Shown here: positions 1 to 9,271 of the stretch, one piece after another | Layout of the letters: each line of letters starts with the position of its first letter | Position numbering within the stretch: the stretch's first letter is position 1 | Assembly: GCA_964600245.1 (NCBI GenBank) | Contig: CAZRIU010000001.1 | Coordinates: 6,119-33,959 of the forward strand | Length of the DNA: 27,841 nucleotides | Origin: an uncultured Dehalococcoidales bacterium | Lineage (GTDB): Bacteria; Chloroflexota; Dehalococcoidia; Dehalococcoidales; BS750m-G39 | Reading direction: 5' to 3' | Notes under the pieces: model-generated | Told to the model about the DNA's origin: nothing | The model's database searches: none | The model's input: only the letters and a program-made list of their open reading frames with translations | Position numbers and translations under genes: made by a program

Positions 1-585
1 CTTCTTTTCTTTTGTCGCCTTGGTCTCTTTCTTCTTGGTCGTCTTCGCTTTCTTCGCTTTAGTTTCTTTCTCGGCCTTCTTTTCTGCCTTGGGGGCTTTT
101 GGAGCCGCCTTCTTTGCCTTCTTAGGCGGCTTCTCCTCTTCCTTGGCGGTCTCTTCTTCAATAACGCTAACCATTATTTTGGGTGTAATGTCTTTCCCCA
201 GCTTGATGGTTATCTCATAGCTGCCGAGCTGATGAATAGGCTTATCCAGCTCTATTTTTCTCTTGTCGACGACCAGCCCGGTGGCGCTCTCCAGTTCGGC
301 GGCAATATCGGCACTGGTGATTGAGCCGTAGAGCCGTTCTTTGGCGCCAGCGTGCGCCTTGAGGCTGACCTCTTTGCCGTCGAGCTGACCGGCCAGATCG
401 ACCAGTTCTTCGTTGGTACTGGCCTGGGCTTTGCTAGTGGTCACCACCTGGCTCATCGCTTGGGGGCTGGCTAGGGCGGCCAGTTTTCGGGGAATAAGAA
501 AGTTCCGGCCGTAGCCGTCAGCTACCTCTTTTACCTCGCCCGCTTGAGCTACATTGGGTACATCCTGGAGGAAGACGACCTTCAT
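1..585 (-). CDS. rplI: 50S ribosomal protein L9, partial (runs off the left edge), with Lys/Ala/Glu-rich C-terminal extension
   Basis: Translated by hand (not in ORF track, no stop in window). ATG at 585 gives MKVVFLQDVPNVAQAGEVKEVADGYGRNFLIPRKLA, the L9 N-terminal signature. The frame stays open through ...KIMVSVIEEETAKEEEKPPKKAKKAAPK... to position 1. Confidence 0.97.
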   Translation of the reverse strand, partial: MKVVFLQDVPNVAQAGEVKEVADGYGRNFLIPRKLAALASPQAMSQVVTTSKAQASTNEELVDLAGQLDGKEVSLKAHAGAKERLYGSITSADIAAELESATGLVVDKRKIELDKPIHQLGSYEITIKLGKDITPKIMVSVIEEETAKEEEKPPKKAKKAAPKAPKAEKKAEKETKAKKAKTTKKKETKATKEKK

Positions 586-602
586 AATTTTTCCCTTATA
601 TA

Positions 603-631
603 ATTATACTTCACTTATCGGCGCAGTGGAA
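603..631 (-). promoter_or_regulatory. Possible sigma70-type promoter for rplI
   Basis: Minus strand TTCCAC (626-631), 17 bp, TATAAT (603-608), just upstream of the rplI ATG. The -35 is weak. Confidence 0.45.
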
Positions 632-654
632 GATAAAAAGAGACTAATTTTTTG

Positions 655-981
655 TTAGTCCAGAACGGTTTCCAGGCTGCGCTTCAATTCTTCCTTGGGT
701 TTATAGCCTACTATTTGTGAGACCGGCTTGCCATCCCTGAAGATAATGAGGTTGGGTATAGCCATTATGCCATACTGGGCGGCGGTTTTGGCGTTCTGGT
801 CAACATCCAGTTTGGCGATGGTTAACTTGCCGGTATACTCTTTAGCCAGCTCTTCCAGCACCGGGGCAGCCATGAGACAGGGTCGGCACCAGGCCGCCCA
901 GAAGTCCACCAGTACCGGTGTCTTTGCCTTTAATACCTTTTGCTCAAAGTCGGCGTCAGTTACTGCTATCGGTTTGCTCAT
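655..981 (-). CDS. trxA: Thioredoxin
   Basis: 108 aa; [14 protein letters not shown] active-site motif; [14 protein letters not shown] cis-Pro region. Confidence 0.96.
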   Translation of the reverse strand: MSKPIAVTDADFEQKVLKAKTPVLVDFWAAWCRPCLMAAPVLEELAKEYTGKLTIAKLDVDQNAKTAAQYGIMAIPNLIIFRDGKPVSQIVGYKPKEELKRSLETVLD

Positions 982-1969
982 AGTTTCCCTCCCTAATTAT
1001 TCGGCAGATGTCCCGTTCTACTGTCTGTTTGGCCAGACCTATGGCATTGTTTATCGCTCTAGCCTGGCTGCGCCCGTGGGCGACGATGATATTGCCGTTT
1101 ATACCCGCCAGGTAAGCGCCGCCGTATTCTCTATAGTCTACCCTTTTAGCCAGGGAGCCCAAGCCCAGGTCGTGAAGCAGGTTTCGTCCCCGGAAGTGAT
1201 AGGCAGTGGATATGACTCTTCCCACCTGCCGAGTCATGTTTAAGAAAGTATCCCCCATGCCCTCTATCGTCTTAAGCACTATGTTTCCGGTGAAGCCATC
1301 GGTCACGATGACATCGGCGGTTCGGTTCGATATATCCTGCCCTTCTATACTGCCGACAAAGTTTAGCGAGCTCTTCTTGAGTAGATTATAGCTTTCCTGT
1401 GTCAGGCGATTACCCTTGGTCTCTTCTTCGCCGGTGCTGAGCAGGCGAACACGCGGCGCTTTGATATCCAGCAGGTGTTTGACGTAGGTCGAGCCCAGAT
1501 TAGCAAATTGGAGCAGGTGGCTGGGGCGGCATTCCGCGTTGGCACCAGCATCGATGAGGAGGGTGGGGGTGTCGGGGGTGATATCGAGGAAGCTGCCCAA
1601 GGCGGGGCGCTCGACGCCTTCTATCTTGCCCAGCTTGAGCAGGCCTGCACCTAACACCGCCCCGGTGTTGCCCGCCGAGACAAAGGCGGCGGCGACGCCG
1701 TCTTTTACCAGGTTGGTGCCGATTACTATCGAGGAGTTGGGTTTACTCTTCACAGCCCTTATCGGGTGCTCGTTAGGGGCAATGACCTCGGTGGCTTCAA
1801 AGATCTGGAAGTTCAGTTTTTTTATATCGCGCCCGGCCAGCACGTGTAACACGGCTTTATCGCCCACCAGGGCAATATCAACCCCGTATTCCTGGGCGGC
1901 CTTTATGGCTCCCTTCACTATCTCCCGCGGGGCGTTTTCGCCGCCGGCGGCATCAACAGCAATCAGCAT
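956..1969 (-). CDS. plsX: Phosphate acyltransferase PlsX
   Basis: [13 protein letters not shown]-terminus, [48 protein letters not shown] motifs. The 3' end overlaps the trxA start by 26 nt. Confidence 0.96.
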   Translation of the reverse strand: MLIAVDAAGGENAPREIVKGAIKAAQEYGVDIALVGDKAVLHVLAGRDIKKLNFQIFEATEVIAPNEHPIRAVKSKPNSSIVIGTNLVKDGVAAAFVSAGNTGAVLGAGLLKLGKIEGVERPALGSFLDITPDTPTLLIDAGANAECRPSHLLQFANLGSTYVKHLLDIKAPRVRLLSTGEEETKGNRLTQESYNLLKKSSLNFVGSIEGQDISNRTADVIVTDGFTGNIVLKTIEGMGDTFLNMTRQVGRVISTAYHFRGRNLLHDLGLGSLAKRVDYREYGGAYLAGINGNIIVAHGRSQARAINNAIGLAKQTVERDICRIIREGNYEQTDSSN

Positions 1970-1988
1970 ATCTTCCTCACCAGCATTG

Positions 1989-2954
1989 TTAACTATTCGG
2001 GCTTTTCTGCCACAGGTCGCAGCGGCCTCCCCACTGGGCCAGGATCTTTCCCTCTACAGAAAGCTGGGATATCTCGCATAGAGTAGGGCAGGCCTGGCAT
2101 TCGAACGAGGAGGTGCGATAATCTATCTCGCTGACACCAAATCCCTTAAAGCTGCTTTCGTTCTGACCGCTTGTCATCTCTTCATGTACCAGCAGGGCAG
2201 CGCCTATGGCTCCCATCACCTCATGGTGAGGGGGAACGATAACCTCGGGGCCGAGCTCTTCTTGGAGCGCCTTCACTATACCCTGATTGAAGGCAACGCC
2301 ACCCTGAAATATTATCGGGGGTTGAATATCCTTGCCCAGGCCGACATTGTTGAGGTAATTACGCACCAGCGCCTGGCACAAACCGTAAACAATGTCCTCG
2401 GTGCGATGCCCGGTTTGCTGTTTGTGTACCATGTCCGATTCGGCGAAAACGGTGCACCGCCCCGAGATGTGCACTGGCGTCGCGCTCTCCAGCGCCTTTC
2501 GGCTGAACTGCTCGATGCCCATATTGAGACGCATTGCCTGGTGGTCGAGGAAGCTGCCGGTGCCCGCCGCGCAGACCGTGTTCATGCCGAAGTCGGTGAC
2601 TATACCCTCTCGAATAATGATTATCTTGCTGTCCTGCCCTCCGATTTCGATGACGGTCTGGCTCTGGGGGAAGTAGTGCAGGGCGCCTACGGCATGGCTG
2701 GTAATCTCGTTCTTGACTAGGTCGGCGCCGACGATAACCCCAGCCAGGTAGCGGGCACTGCCGGTGGTGGCTACGCCGCAGATATCCCTGCCCAGGGGGA
2801 GTTGCTCTTTGATCTGCTTTAAGCCCTGCTGCGTTGTCTCGATAGGCTTACCCTGGGTTGGTAGGTAGAGGTCGGCGACCAGCTCATCAGCCTCGTCTAT
2901 CACGGCTAACTTGGTGGTTACCGAGCCGACATCAATACCCAGATAGGCTTCCAT
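1989..2954 (-). CDS. Acyl-CoA dehydratase activase (BadF/BadG/BcrA/BcrD ASKHA ATPase, HgdC-like [4Fe-4S]) with extra C-terminal CxxCxxxC...C segment
   Basis: [10 protein letters not shown] and EIGGQDSK phosphate motifs; cluster ligands in [10 protein letters not shown] and [10 protein letters not shown]; FQGGVA; MGAIGAAL; tail [12 protein letters not shown]...WGGRCD. Confidence 0.92.
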   Translation of the reverse strand: MEAYLGIDVGSVTTKLAVIDEADELVADLYLPTQGKPIETTQQGLKQIKEQLPLGRDICGVATTGSARYLAGVIVGADLVKNEITSHAVGALHYFPQSQTVIEIGGQDSKIIIIREGIVTDFGMNTVCAAGTGSFLDHQAMRLNMGIEQFSRKALESATPVHISGRCTVFAESDMVHKQQTGHRTEDIVYGLCQALVRNYLNNVGLGKDIQPPIIFQGGVAFNQGIVKALQEELGPEVIVPPHHEVMGAIGAALLVHEEMTSGQNESSFKGFGVSEIDYRTSSFECQACPTLCEISQLSVEGKILAQWGGRCDLWQKSPNS

Positions 2955-2978
2955 TAATTCTCCTCAAAAGCTAATATA

Positions 2979-3007
2979 ATCTTAGACTAAGGGTCATGGT
3001 TTTACAA
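2979..3007 (-). promoter_or_regulatory. Possible promoter for activase-plsX-trxA
   Basis: Minus strand TTGTAA (3002-3007), 17 bp, TAAGAT (2979-2984); SD GAGGAG before the activase ATG. An 11-nt palindrome CTTAGACTAAG (2981-2991) overlaps the -10. Confidence 0.4.
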
Positions 3008-3012
3008 GGCTT

Positions 3013-4194
3013 TTAGCTGCCTGCCCGCTCAAACTCTTCTCTAACCTTGGTAACTGTTTCCGGGCGGGCCGTCAGGTCAACCACTGTCATCGCCAGTGCC
3101 TTGGCGGCATCAAGCATCCCTTTGATGCCGGCTTCAGAAGCCGCAACTGTAGCGAACTCTGGAGAATGTATTACTACTTCTTCAGGCGCTACGGCGATGG
3201 TAGGATGTATGCCCGGTACGAGCTGGCTGACGTTGCCCATATCGGTGCTGCCGACTCTACTGGCTCCGTAGAGAGGCATCTTGCGTCCCAGGGGCTTCAT
3301 ATTCTGCCTGAATAGCTCGGCCAGCGTCAGGTTGTTAATCAGTGGCGCATAGACAATATTTCCCCACTGGTATTCCAGGCGGGCGCCGGTGGCGGCGGCG
3401 GCGCCGACAAAGCAATTAAGAACTTTCTCTTTTAGCTCGTCCAGGTAGGCGTTATCCTCGGCGCGCACCAGAAAGCTGCCCGCGCTGTGGGCGGGGACGA
3501 CATTAGGCGCCTCTCCGCCGTCGGTAATAATGCCGTGGATGCGCGCTTTATCCATAATATGCTGCCTGAGGGCGTTAATGGCGGCGAAGGAGAGGAGCAT
3601 TGCCTCCAGGGCGTTAATGCCGGTTTCGGGCCTGGTGGCGGCGTGGGCTGCTTTGCCGAAGAACTCGACCTCCAGGGTGATACAGGACAGAGCCTGGGTG
3701 GTGGCGGTATCATGCGCTCCCGGGTGCACCATCATGGCTATATCTATCTTATCAAAGGCACCCCGCTCCGCCATGACCACCTTGCCCCCGTAGAACTCCT
3801 CGGCGGGCGTGCCGATAACCAGGACACTGCCCCCACACTTGTCTATGGCCGGCTTGGCAGCCACGGCGGCACCGACGGCAGCGCCGGCTATCAGATTATG
3901 CCCGCAGGCGTGCCCCAATTGGGGCAGTGCGTCGTACTCGGCCAGGATGGCGATGGCTGGTTTGCCCTTTCCGTAGCTTCCTTGGAAGGCGGTGGGCAGT
4001 TCGCAGATGCCCCGCTCTATAGCGAAGCCGTTTTTCTCAAGATATTGGGTAAGCAGGGCGGATGCCTTGACCTCTTTAAAGCCCAGCTCGGGGTTGGCGT
4101 GGATTTTAAGGCTGATATCACGGAGCTGGCGGCGGTGAGCCTCTACTTCTTTGATAACCGAATCTTTTAGCGCTTTAATATCCAAGCTTCTCAC
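3013..4194 (-). CDS. M20 family amidohydrolase/metallopeptidase (PM20D2/ACY1L2/AbgB-like)
   Basis: IHANPELGFKE, AEYDALP, HACGHN, GTPAEE, MVHP, GKAAHA, GSTDMGNVS motifs. The start may instead be TTG at 4185. Confidence 0.92.
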   Translation of the reverse strand: MRSLDIKALKDSVIKEVEAHRRQLRDISLKIHANPELGFKEVKASALLTQYLEKNGFAIERGICELPTAFQGSYGKGKPAIAILAEYDALPQLGHACGHNLIAGAAVGAAVAAKPAIDKCGGSVLVIGTPAEEFYGGKVVMAERGAFDKIDIAMMVHPGAHDTATTQALSCITLEVEFFGKAAHAATRPETGINALEAMLLSFAAINALRQHIMDKARIHGIITDGGEAPNVVPAHSAGSFLVRAEDNAYLDELKEKVLNCFVGAAAATGARLEYQWGNIVYAPLINNLTLAELFRQNMKPLGRKMPLYGASRVGSTDMGNVSQLVPGIHPTIAVAPEEVVIHSPEFATVAASEAGIKGMLDAAKALAMTVVDLTARPETVTKVREEFERAGS

Positions 4195-4321
4195 CTTGGG
4201 GCTGTTTTTTATTATAGCTTAGTGCCATTATAATTTCTAGGCGGGGCTATATGGATTTAGCCCACTTTTTGGCTCCGCTAGGGCATTATCTCAAATACGC
4301 TGAAAAAACGGGCACCAGCTA

Positions 4322-4350
4322 TTGCATCCTAGCGCCTGTTGTGGTATACT
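4322..4350 (+). promoter_or_regulatory. sigma70-type promoter of the nusA operon
   Basis: TTGCAT (4322-4327), 17 bp, TATACT (4345-4350), with TG extended -10. Confidence 0.7.
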
Positions 4351-4384
4351 TTACACGGTACACTAAATTAGATAAGTTCTTGTT

Positions 4385-4411
4385 AAGTGGGGCAGAGAAA
4401 CCCACTTTTTT
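4385..4411 (+). terminator. Intrinsic terminator/attenuator in the nusA 5' leader
   Basis: Stem AAGTGGG/CCCACTT (4385-4391/4401-4407), 9-nt loop, T-run to 4411. It lies between the promoter and the nusA SD (GGGGAGG). Confidence 0.7.
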
Positions 4412-4452
4412 GTTGTAGGGGATAAAATATTTGGGGAGGTAATTAAGCGGGG

Positions 4453-5862
4453 ATGAAGAGCGAATTTATGCTGGCCATAACCCAGCTCTCGGCAGAGAAA
4501 AACCTGCCCAAAGAGGTGGTGCTTTCTGCCGTGGAAACAGCGCTGGTATCGGCTTACCGGAAGGATAATTTTGCCCCTAACCAGGAGATTTCGGTCAAGA
4601 TCGACCCGACTACGGGCCGGGTTAAGGTGTGGGCGGAAAAAACCGTGGTCGAGCAGCCTTCGGATACGCGTCTTGAAATATCACTGACCGATGCTGTTAA
4701 GATAAACCCCGATGTCCAGCTTGAAGAGACGGTCATGGTGGAAGCCACCCCCCGCAATGCCGGGCGCATTGCCGCGCAAACGGCCAAGCAGGTTATCCTG
4801 CAGCGCCTCCATGAGGCGGAGCACAGCGCCATTTTCGAGGAGTATTCCGATAAAGAAGGCGATATCGTCACCGGGGTAGTGCAGCGCATGGAGCCCAGGC
4901 AGATCTTCGTTGACCTGGGTAGGGCCGAAGCGATACTCCCCGCCGCCGAGCAGGTGCGCAATGAGAGGTATCGTATAGGCCAGAGGCTTAGAGTCTATCT
5001 TTTAGAGGTGGTGCGGACGAGCCGGGGACCTCAGGTGGTTGTTTCACGCTCTCACCCCGATTTGCTACGCCGTCTCTTTGAGCTTGAGGTGCCTGAGGTT
5101 TTGAATGGGGTGGTAGAGATTAAGGCGGTCGCCCGCGAAGCTGGCTATCGTAGTAAGATAGCGGTGGCGGCACGCCAGGAGGGCATCGACCCCGTTGGTT
5201 GCTGTGTCGGGCTTCGCGGTATCAGAATACAGAATATTATGCGAGAGCTGAATGGCGAGAAGCTGGACGTGGTCTCGTGGAGCGAGGATGCCTCAGCTTT
5301 TATTGCCAATGCCCTGAGTCCAGCGCAGGTGCTGAGTGTGGAGCTGGATGAAGACGAAGGGATAGCTACGGTGGTTGTCCCTGACAAGCAGCTATCGTTA
5401 GCCATCGGTAAAGAAGGGCAGAACGCTAGATTGGCGGCTAAGCTCAGCGGCTGGCGGATTGACATAAAGAGTGCCTCAATCGCTGAGGAAGAGAAGCTGG
5501 TCAAGGCCGAGCCTGAAAAAGAAGCGGTGCTTGGTGAGGAACTCGTACCCGAAGAGCCGGTGGCTCCAGCAGAAGCCCTAGTCCCCGAAGAGGAGGCTGA
5601 AGCCGAGCCTGAGCCCGTTCTTGAGACTGAGCTGGCGCCCCCCGAAACTATTTTGAAGCCGCCCGTAGAGGTGGGGGCGGAGGCAGATTCCAAGCTTCGC
5701 TTTGCTGAAGACGTTCTGGGCCCGGGCCCAACTAAGGCAACGTCCAAGTCCAAGAAGAAGAAAAAGAAGGGAGCTGCTGAGCGAAGCGCCGAGGACGGCG
5801 TCAGAATCAGGAAGCAGCGCCGTGAACGAGAAGTCTTTGATGAGGAGGGTGAGGAATATTAA
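4453..5862 (+). CDS. nusA: Transcription termination/antitermination factor NusA with long acidic/Pro-rich tail
   Basis: GRIAAQTAKQV, S1 domain, AREAGYRSKIAV, DPVGCCVGLRGIRI, QLSLAIGKEGQNARLAAKLSGWRIDI. Confidence 0.98.
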   Translation: MKSEFMLAITQLSAEKNLPKEVVLSAVETALVSAYRKDNFAPNQEISVKIDPTTGRVKVWAEKTVVEQPSDTRLEISLTDAVKINPDVQLEETVMVEATPRNAGRIAAQTAKQVILQRLHEAEHSAIFEEYSDKEGDIVTGVVQRMEPRQIFVDLGRAEAILPAAEQVRNERYRIGQRLRVYLLEVVRTSRGPQVVVSRSHPDLLRRLFELEVPEVLNGVVEIKAVAREAGYRSKIAVAARQEGIDPVGCCVGLRGIRIQNIMRELNGEKLDVVSWSEDASAFIANALSPAQVLSVELDEDEGIATVVVPDKQLSLAIGKEGQNARLAAKLSGWRIDIKSASIAEEEKLVKAEPEKEAVLGEELVPEEPVAPAEALVPEEEAEAEPEPVLETELAPPETILKPPVEVGAEADSKLRFAEDVLGPGPTKATSKSKKKKKKGAAERSAEDGVRIRKQRREREVFDEEGEEY

Positions 5863-6136
5863 TTCACCTTCGGCTAAGCATATACCGCAGCGTACCTGCG
5901 TCGCTTGTGGCCAGATAAGACCCAAGCGGAAGCTAATCAGGCTGGTCCGGATTGCGGATGGCGGGGTGGAGGTTGATAATAGCGGTAGGAAGGCGGGGCG
6001 CGGTGCCTATTTATGCCCGGCAGGGGATTGCTGGGTGGTGGGGCTTAAAGAAGGACGGCTGGAGCATGCCCTGCGTACCGCTATTACTCCCGATAATCGG
6101 GAACAGCTTATTGAATACGGGCAGGGACTGGGATAA
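5840..6136 (+). CDS. ylxR: YlxR/DUF448 family RNA-binding protein
   Basis: [11 protein letters not shown]...LIRLVR...GRGAYLC signature. Likely start is ATG 5840 inside the nusA 3' end (the track's 5702 start is too far upstream). Canonical position between nusA and infB. Confidence 0.92.
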   Translation: MRRVRNINSPSAKHIPQRTCVACGQIRPKRKLIRLVRIADGGVEVDNSGRKAGRGAYLCPAGDCWVVGLKEGRLEHALRTAITPDNREQLIEYGQGLG

Positions 6137-6147
6137 GGAGCGATTTA

Positions 6148-7914
6148 TTGGCCCAGAAGAGCAAATCGGGTGAACCAGAGGCAAAGCTGATCGAGATTCC
6201 TCACTCAATAGCCGTGAGGCATTTGGCTGAGCTGTTGCGGGTCAGTGCCGTTGATGTCATCAAACAGCTGATGCGCAACGGCGTTTTTGCCAATATTAAC
6301 CAGGTCATTGACTATGAGACGGCGGCGGCGGTGGCGGTCAACCTTGGCTATGAAGCCCACCCCGAGTCTCGGAGCGCCCGTGCTGTAGAGAGCAAGCGCT
6401 ATCAGCCCCAGGAAGAAGAGTCTGGTGGGCTGAAACTACGTCCGCCGGTCGTGACCATTATGGGGCATGTCAATCACGGCAAGACCCGACTCCTGGATGC
6501 CATCCGGCAGACCAATGTCATGGATACCGAGGCCGGGGGCATTACGCAGCATATCGGTGCCTATCAGGTAGAGGTTAACGGGCAGAAGATTACCTTTCTC
6601 GATACTCCGGGTCACGAAGCCTTTACCGTGATGCGGGCTCGGGGCGCTCAGGTGACCGATATTACTATTCTGGTGGTGGCGGCTGACGATGGGGTAATGC
6701 CGCAGACTCTAGAAGCTATCGACCATGCCCGGGCGGCGGGAGTGCCCATCGTGGTGGCGATTAACAAGATTGATAAGCCGGAGGCTGACGCTGAGGCGGT
6801 TAAGCAGCAGTTAACCGATGCCGGCCTGGTTATTGAGGAGTGGGGGGGCGATGTGGTTTGCGTTTCCATTTCGGCCAAGGAGAAAGAAGGCATCAGTGAG
6901 CTACTGGAGAATCTCTTAGTGGTAGCCGAGATGGAGGAGCTCAAGGCAGACCCTTCGCGCCCCGCAGTAGGGGTTGTTATTGAAGCCGAGATGGATAAGA
7001 GCCGGGGGCCAATGGCTACGATGCTGATTCAGACCGGAACGCTTAAGGTTGGTGATACCGTAGTCGTCGGCAGCACCTGGGGCCGGGTCAGGGCGATGTT
7101 TAACGATGTGGGTAAGCGGGTGAGGAAAGCCGAGCCTTCCCTGCCGGTGGCCATCTTGGGCCTGGATAGCCTACCTCAAGTGGGCGAAACCCTGAACGCC
7201 GTGGCTAGCGAGCACCAGGCACGGGCTTTGATACAAAAAAACCAGCAGGAGATGGCGCCTAGGGCAGTAAGCCTGGACAACCTCTTTGACCAGATAAGCG
7301 CGGGAGAGGTAAAGGAGCTTAACGTTATTCTTAAAGCCGATGTCCAGGGCACTATCGAGCCGATAAGGAGCTCTCTGGAACGGCTGGGCACGGATAAGGT
7401 ACAGGTCAGGATTATTCATAGTAGCAGCGGCAATATCACCGAGAGCGATGTCATGCTGGCTATCGCCTCTAAAGGGCTCATTATTGGTTTTGGCACTGGT
7501 ATTGAAGCCGGGGCACAGCGCCTGGCTGATGTGGAGGGGGTTGATATCCGCTCCTACGACGTGATTTATAACCTGGTGGACGATGTAGAGAAGGCGCTAA
7601 AAGGGATGTTAGAGCCCACCTATGTCGAGGTTATCGAAGGCAGGGCTGAAGTGAAGGCAATTTTCCCCAGCGGCAAGAAGACGAAGGTAGCTGGTGTCGC
7701 TGTTAGCGAGGGTAAGGTGAGCCGGGGTGCTTCGGTAAGGGTAAGGCGCGGAGAGCAGGTGGTGGTTGAATCTGAGGTCGCCAGCCTGAGGCGTTTTAAG
7801 GATGACGTCAAGGAGGTGGCTTCTGGCTACGAGTGTGGGGTGGGGATCAAGGACTTTGAAGACTTTGAGATTGGCGATATACTGGAATTTTTCCGCGAAG
7901 AGAGATCCAGCTAG
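6148..7914 (+). CDS. infB: Translation initiation factor IF-2 (short form)
   Basis: [52 protein letters not shown] start with SD AAGGAG. Confidence 0.98.
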   Translation: MAQKSKSGEPEAKLIEIPHSIAVRHLAELLRVSAVDVIKQLMRNGVFANINQVIDYETAAAVAVNLGYEAHPESRSARAVESKRYQPQEEESGGLKLRPPVVTIMGHVNHGKTRLLDAIRQTNVMDTEAGGITQHIGAYQVEVNGQKITFLDTPGHEAFTVMRARGAQVTDITILVVAADDGVMPQTLEAIDHARAAGVPIVVAINKIDKPEADAEAVKQQLTDAGLVIEEWGGDVVCVSISAKEKEGISELLENLLVVAEMEELKADPSRPAVGVVIEAEMDKSRGPMATMLIQTGTLKVGDTVVVGSTWGRVRAMFNDVGKRVRKAEPSLPVAILGLDSLPQVGETLNAVASEHQARALIQKNQQEMAPRAVSLDNLFDQISAGEVKELNVILKADVQGTIEPIRSSLERLGTDKVQVRIIHSSSGNITESDVMLAIASKGLIIGFGTGIEAGAQRLADVEGVDIRSYDVIYNLVDDVEKALKGMLEPTYVEVIEGRAEVKAIFPSGKKTKVAGVAVSEGKVSRGASVRVRRGEQVVVESEVASLRRFKDDVKEVASGYECGVGIKDFEDFEIGDILEFFREERSS

Positions 7915-7926
7915 AGGACACTGGTT

Positions 7927-8295
7927 ATGGCACATCGCATAGAACGGGTAAGCAGCCTCATGCGCCATGAGATTAGCGGGTTGCTTCAGCGCCGCGTCAA
8001 AGACCCCCGACTGAGCAAGTTTATTGCTGTGACCGAGGTTTCAACCTCCGCCGACCTGCGCTACGCCAAGGTATTTGTCAGTTGCATGGGCAGCGAAGAA
8101 GAAAAACAGGAGATGCTGAGCGGGCTCGAGGCTGCCGCCAACTTTTTGCGCAACCAGCTGGCCAAGCGCCTGCGCCTGCGCCGTATTCCTGAGCTGAGCT
8201 TTCACTGGGACGATTCTATCGAGCGGGGGACCCACCTTCTGCAACTGATTGATGAAGTCAGCTCCAATAATCCTCCCAACCAGCATAGTGACTAA
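7927..8295 (+). CDS. rbfA: Ribosome-binding factor A
   Basis: RIERV...VKDPRL...VTEVSTSADLRYAKVFVS...LRLRRIPELSFHWDDSIERG. Confidence 0.97.
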   Translation: MAHRIERVSSLMRHEISGLLQRRVKDPRLSKFIAVTEVSTSADLRYAKVFVSCMGSEEEKQEMLSGLEAAANFLRNQLAKRLRLRRIPELSFHWDDSIERGTHLLQLIDEVSSNNPPNQHSD

Positions 8296-9200
8296 TGGAC
8301 GGCATACTAAACATCAACAAGCCCTGGGGCAAGACCTCTTTCAGCATCGTCTCCCTGGTAAAGCGCCTGAGTGGAGAGAGGCGCGTGGGGCATGCTGGCA
8401 CCCTCGACCCAGCGGCTACCGGCGTTTTACCGGTCTGCCTGGGGCAGGGAACGCGCATTGTCGAATTTCTGGTGGAGGCGCCCAAGGCCTACAAAGCCGA
8501 GATTGAACTGGGGGTGGCTACCGATACCCACGATGCCACCGGCACCGTGGTCAGTCGGGAAGACCCCTCCGGCGTTAGTCGAGAAAAGCTGCTCTCGGCT
8601 TTAGAATCCTTTCGCGGCCTGATAGAGCAGACACCTCCCATGTACAGCGCGGTGAAGCACGGCGGCAAGCCGCTTTATGAGCTGGCGCGCTCCGGCATCA
8701 AGGTAGCCAGGGAGAGCCGGAAGAGGTGGGTTTATAGCCTGGAGCTTATTGACTGGCAGCCGCCGATAGCCACTGTAGAAGTGAAATGCGGCAAGGGCAC
8801 TTATATCCGCTCGCTGGCTGACGACCTGGGGCAGCTTTTAGGCTGCGGGGCTAATCTTAAAGGCCTGACCCGCTTAGAGTGCGGACTCTTTACTATCGAA
8901 GACGCCATTACCGTATCGCAGCTTGAGGATAGCTTCCGCCATGGCTACTGGGAGCAGTTTCTCTACCCTATAGATAGCGTGCTTTCGCAGTGGGGGGCGG
9001 TGGTGGTTGATGACGCCGCTGTAGAAGACATAAAAAACGGGCGTCCCCTGGCTTGGGAAGACGATAATCTACCCGAGCCTGTTGCGGGCAATCGTTGCCG
9101 TGTCTATACCCGTGACGGCGGTTTCCTGGCTGTGCTTGGCTTTGACTCGGAAAAGGGGCAGTGGCGGCCGGAGAAGGTCTTTACCGTCACTGATAGATAG
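8295..9200 (+). CDS. truB: tRNA pseudouridine(55) synthase
   Basis: GILNINKP, VGHAGTLDPAATGVL, PPMYSAVK, CGKGTYIRSLA. Confidence 0.97.
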   Translation: MDGILNINKPWGKTSFSIVSLVKRLSGERRVGHAGTLDPAATGVLPVCLGQGTRIVEFLVEAPKAYKAEIELGVATDTHDATGTVVSREDPSGVSREKLLSALESFRGLIEQTPPMYSAVKHGGKPLYELARSGIKVARESRKRWVYSLELIDWQPPIATVEVKCGKGTYIRSLADDLGQLLGCGANLKGLTRLECGLFTIEDAITVSQLEDSFRHGYWEQFLYPIDSVLSQWGAVVVDDAAVEDIKNGRPLAWEDDNLPEPVAGNRCRVYTRDGGFLAVLGFDSEKGQWRPEKVFTVTDR

Positions 9201-9212
9201 CATTGATAGGTC

Positions 9213-9241
9213 TTGACAGCCTGCCTCTAAAGGGGTATAGT
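9213..9241 (+). promoter_or_regulatory. Near-consensus sigma70 promoter for the small Cys4 ORF
   Basis: TTGACA (9213-9218), 17 bp, TATAGT (9236-9241), followed by a G-rich SD (AAGAAGGGGGTG). Confidence 0.8.
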
Positions 9242-9271
9242 TCAACCGATACCAAGAAGGGGGTGATCTAG

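Noticed and set aside
1-130. Low-complexity CTT/TTC repeats as a tandem repeat or CRISPR-like array
   Set aside because: No fixed-length repeat-spacer structure; explained by Lys/Glu/Ala codons.
20-220. Hydrophobic Phe/Ala/Ser-rich 66-aa ORF resembling a membrane peptide
   Set aside because: It is the antisense reading of the Lys/Glu-rich L9 tail (AAG/GAA codons read as CTT/TTC).
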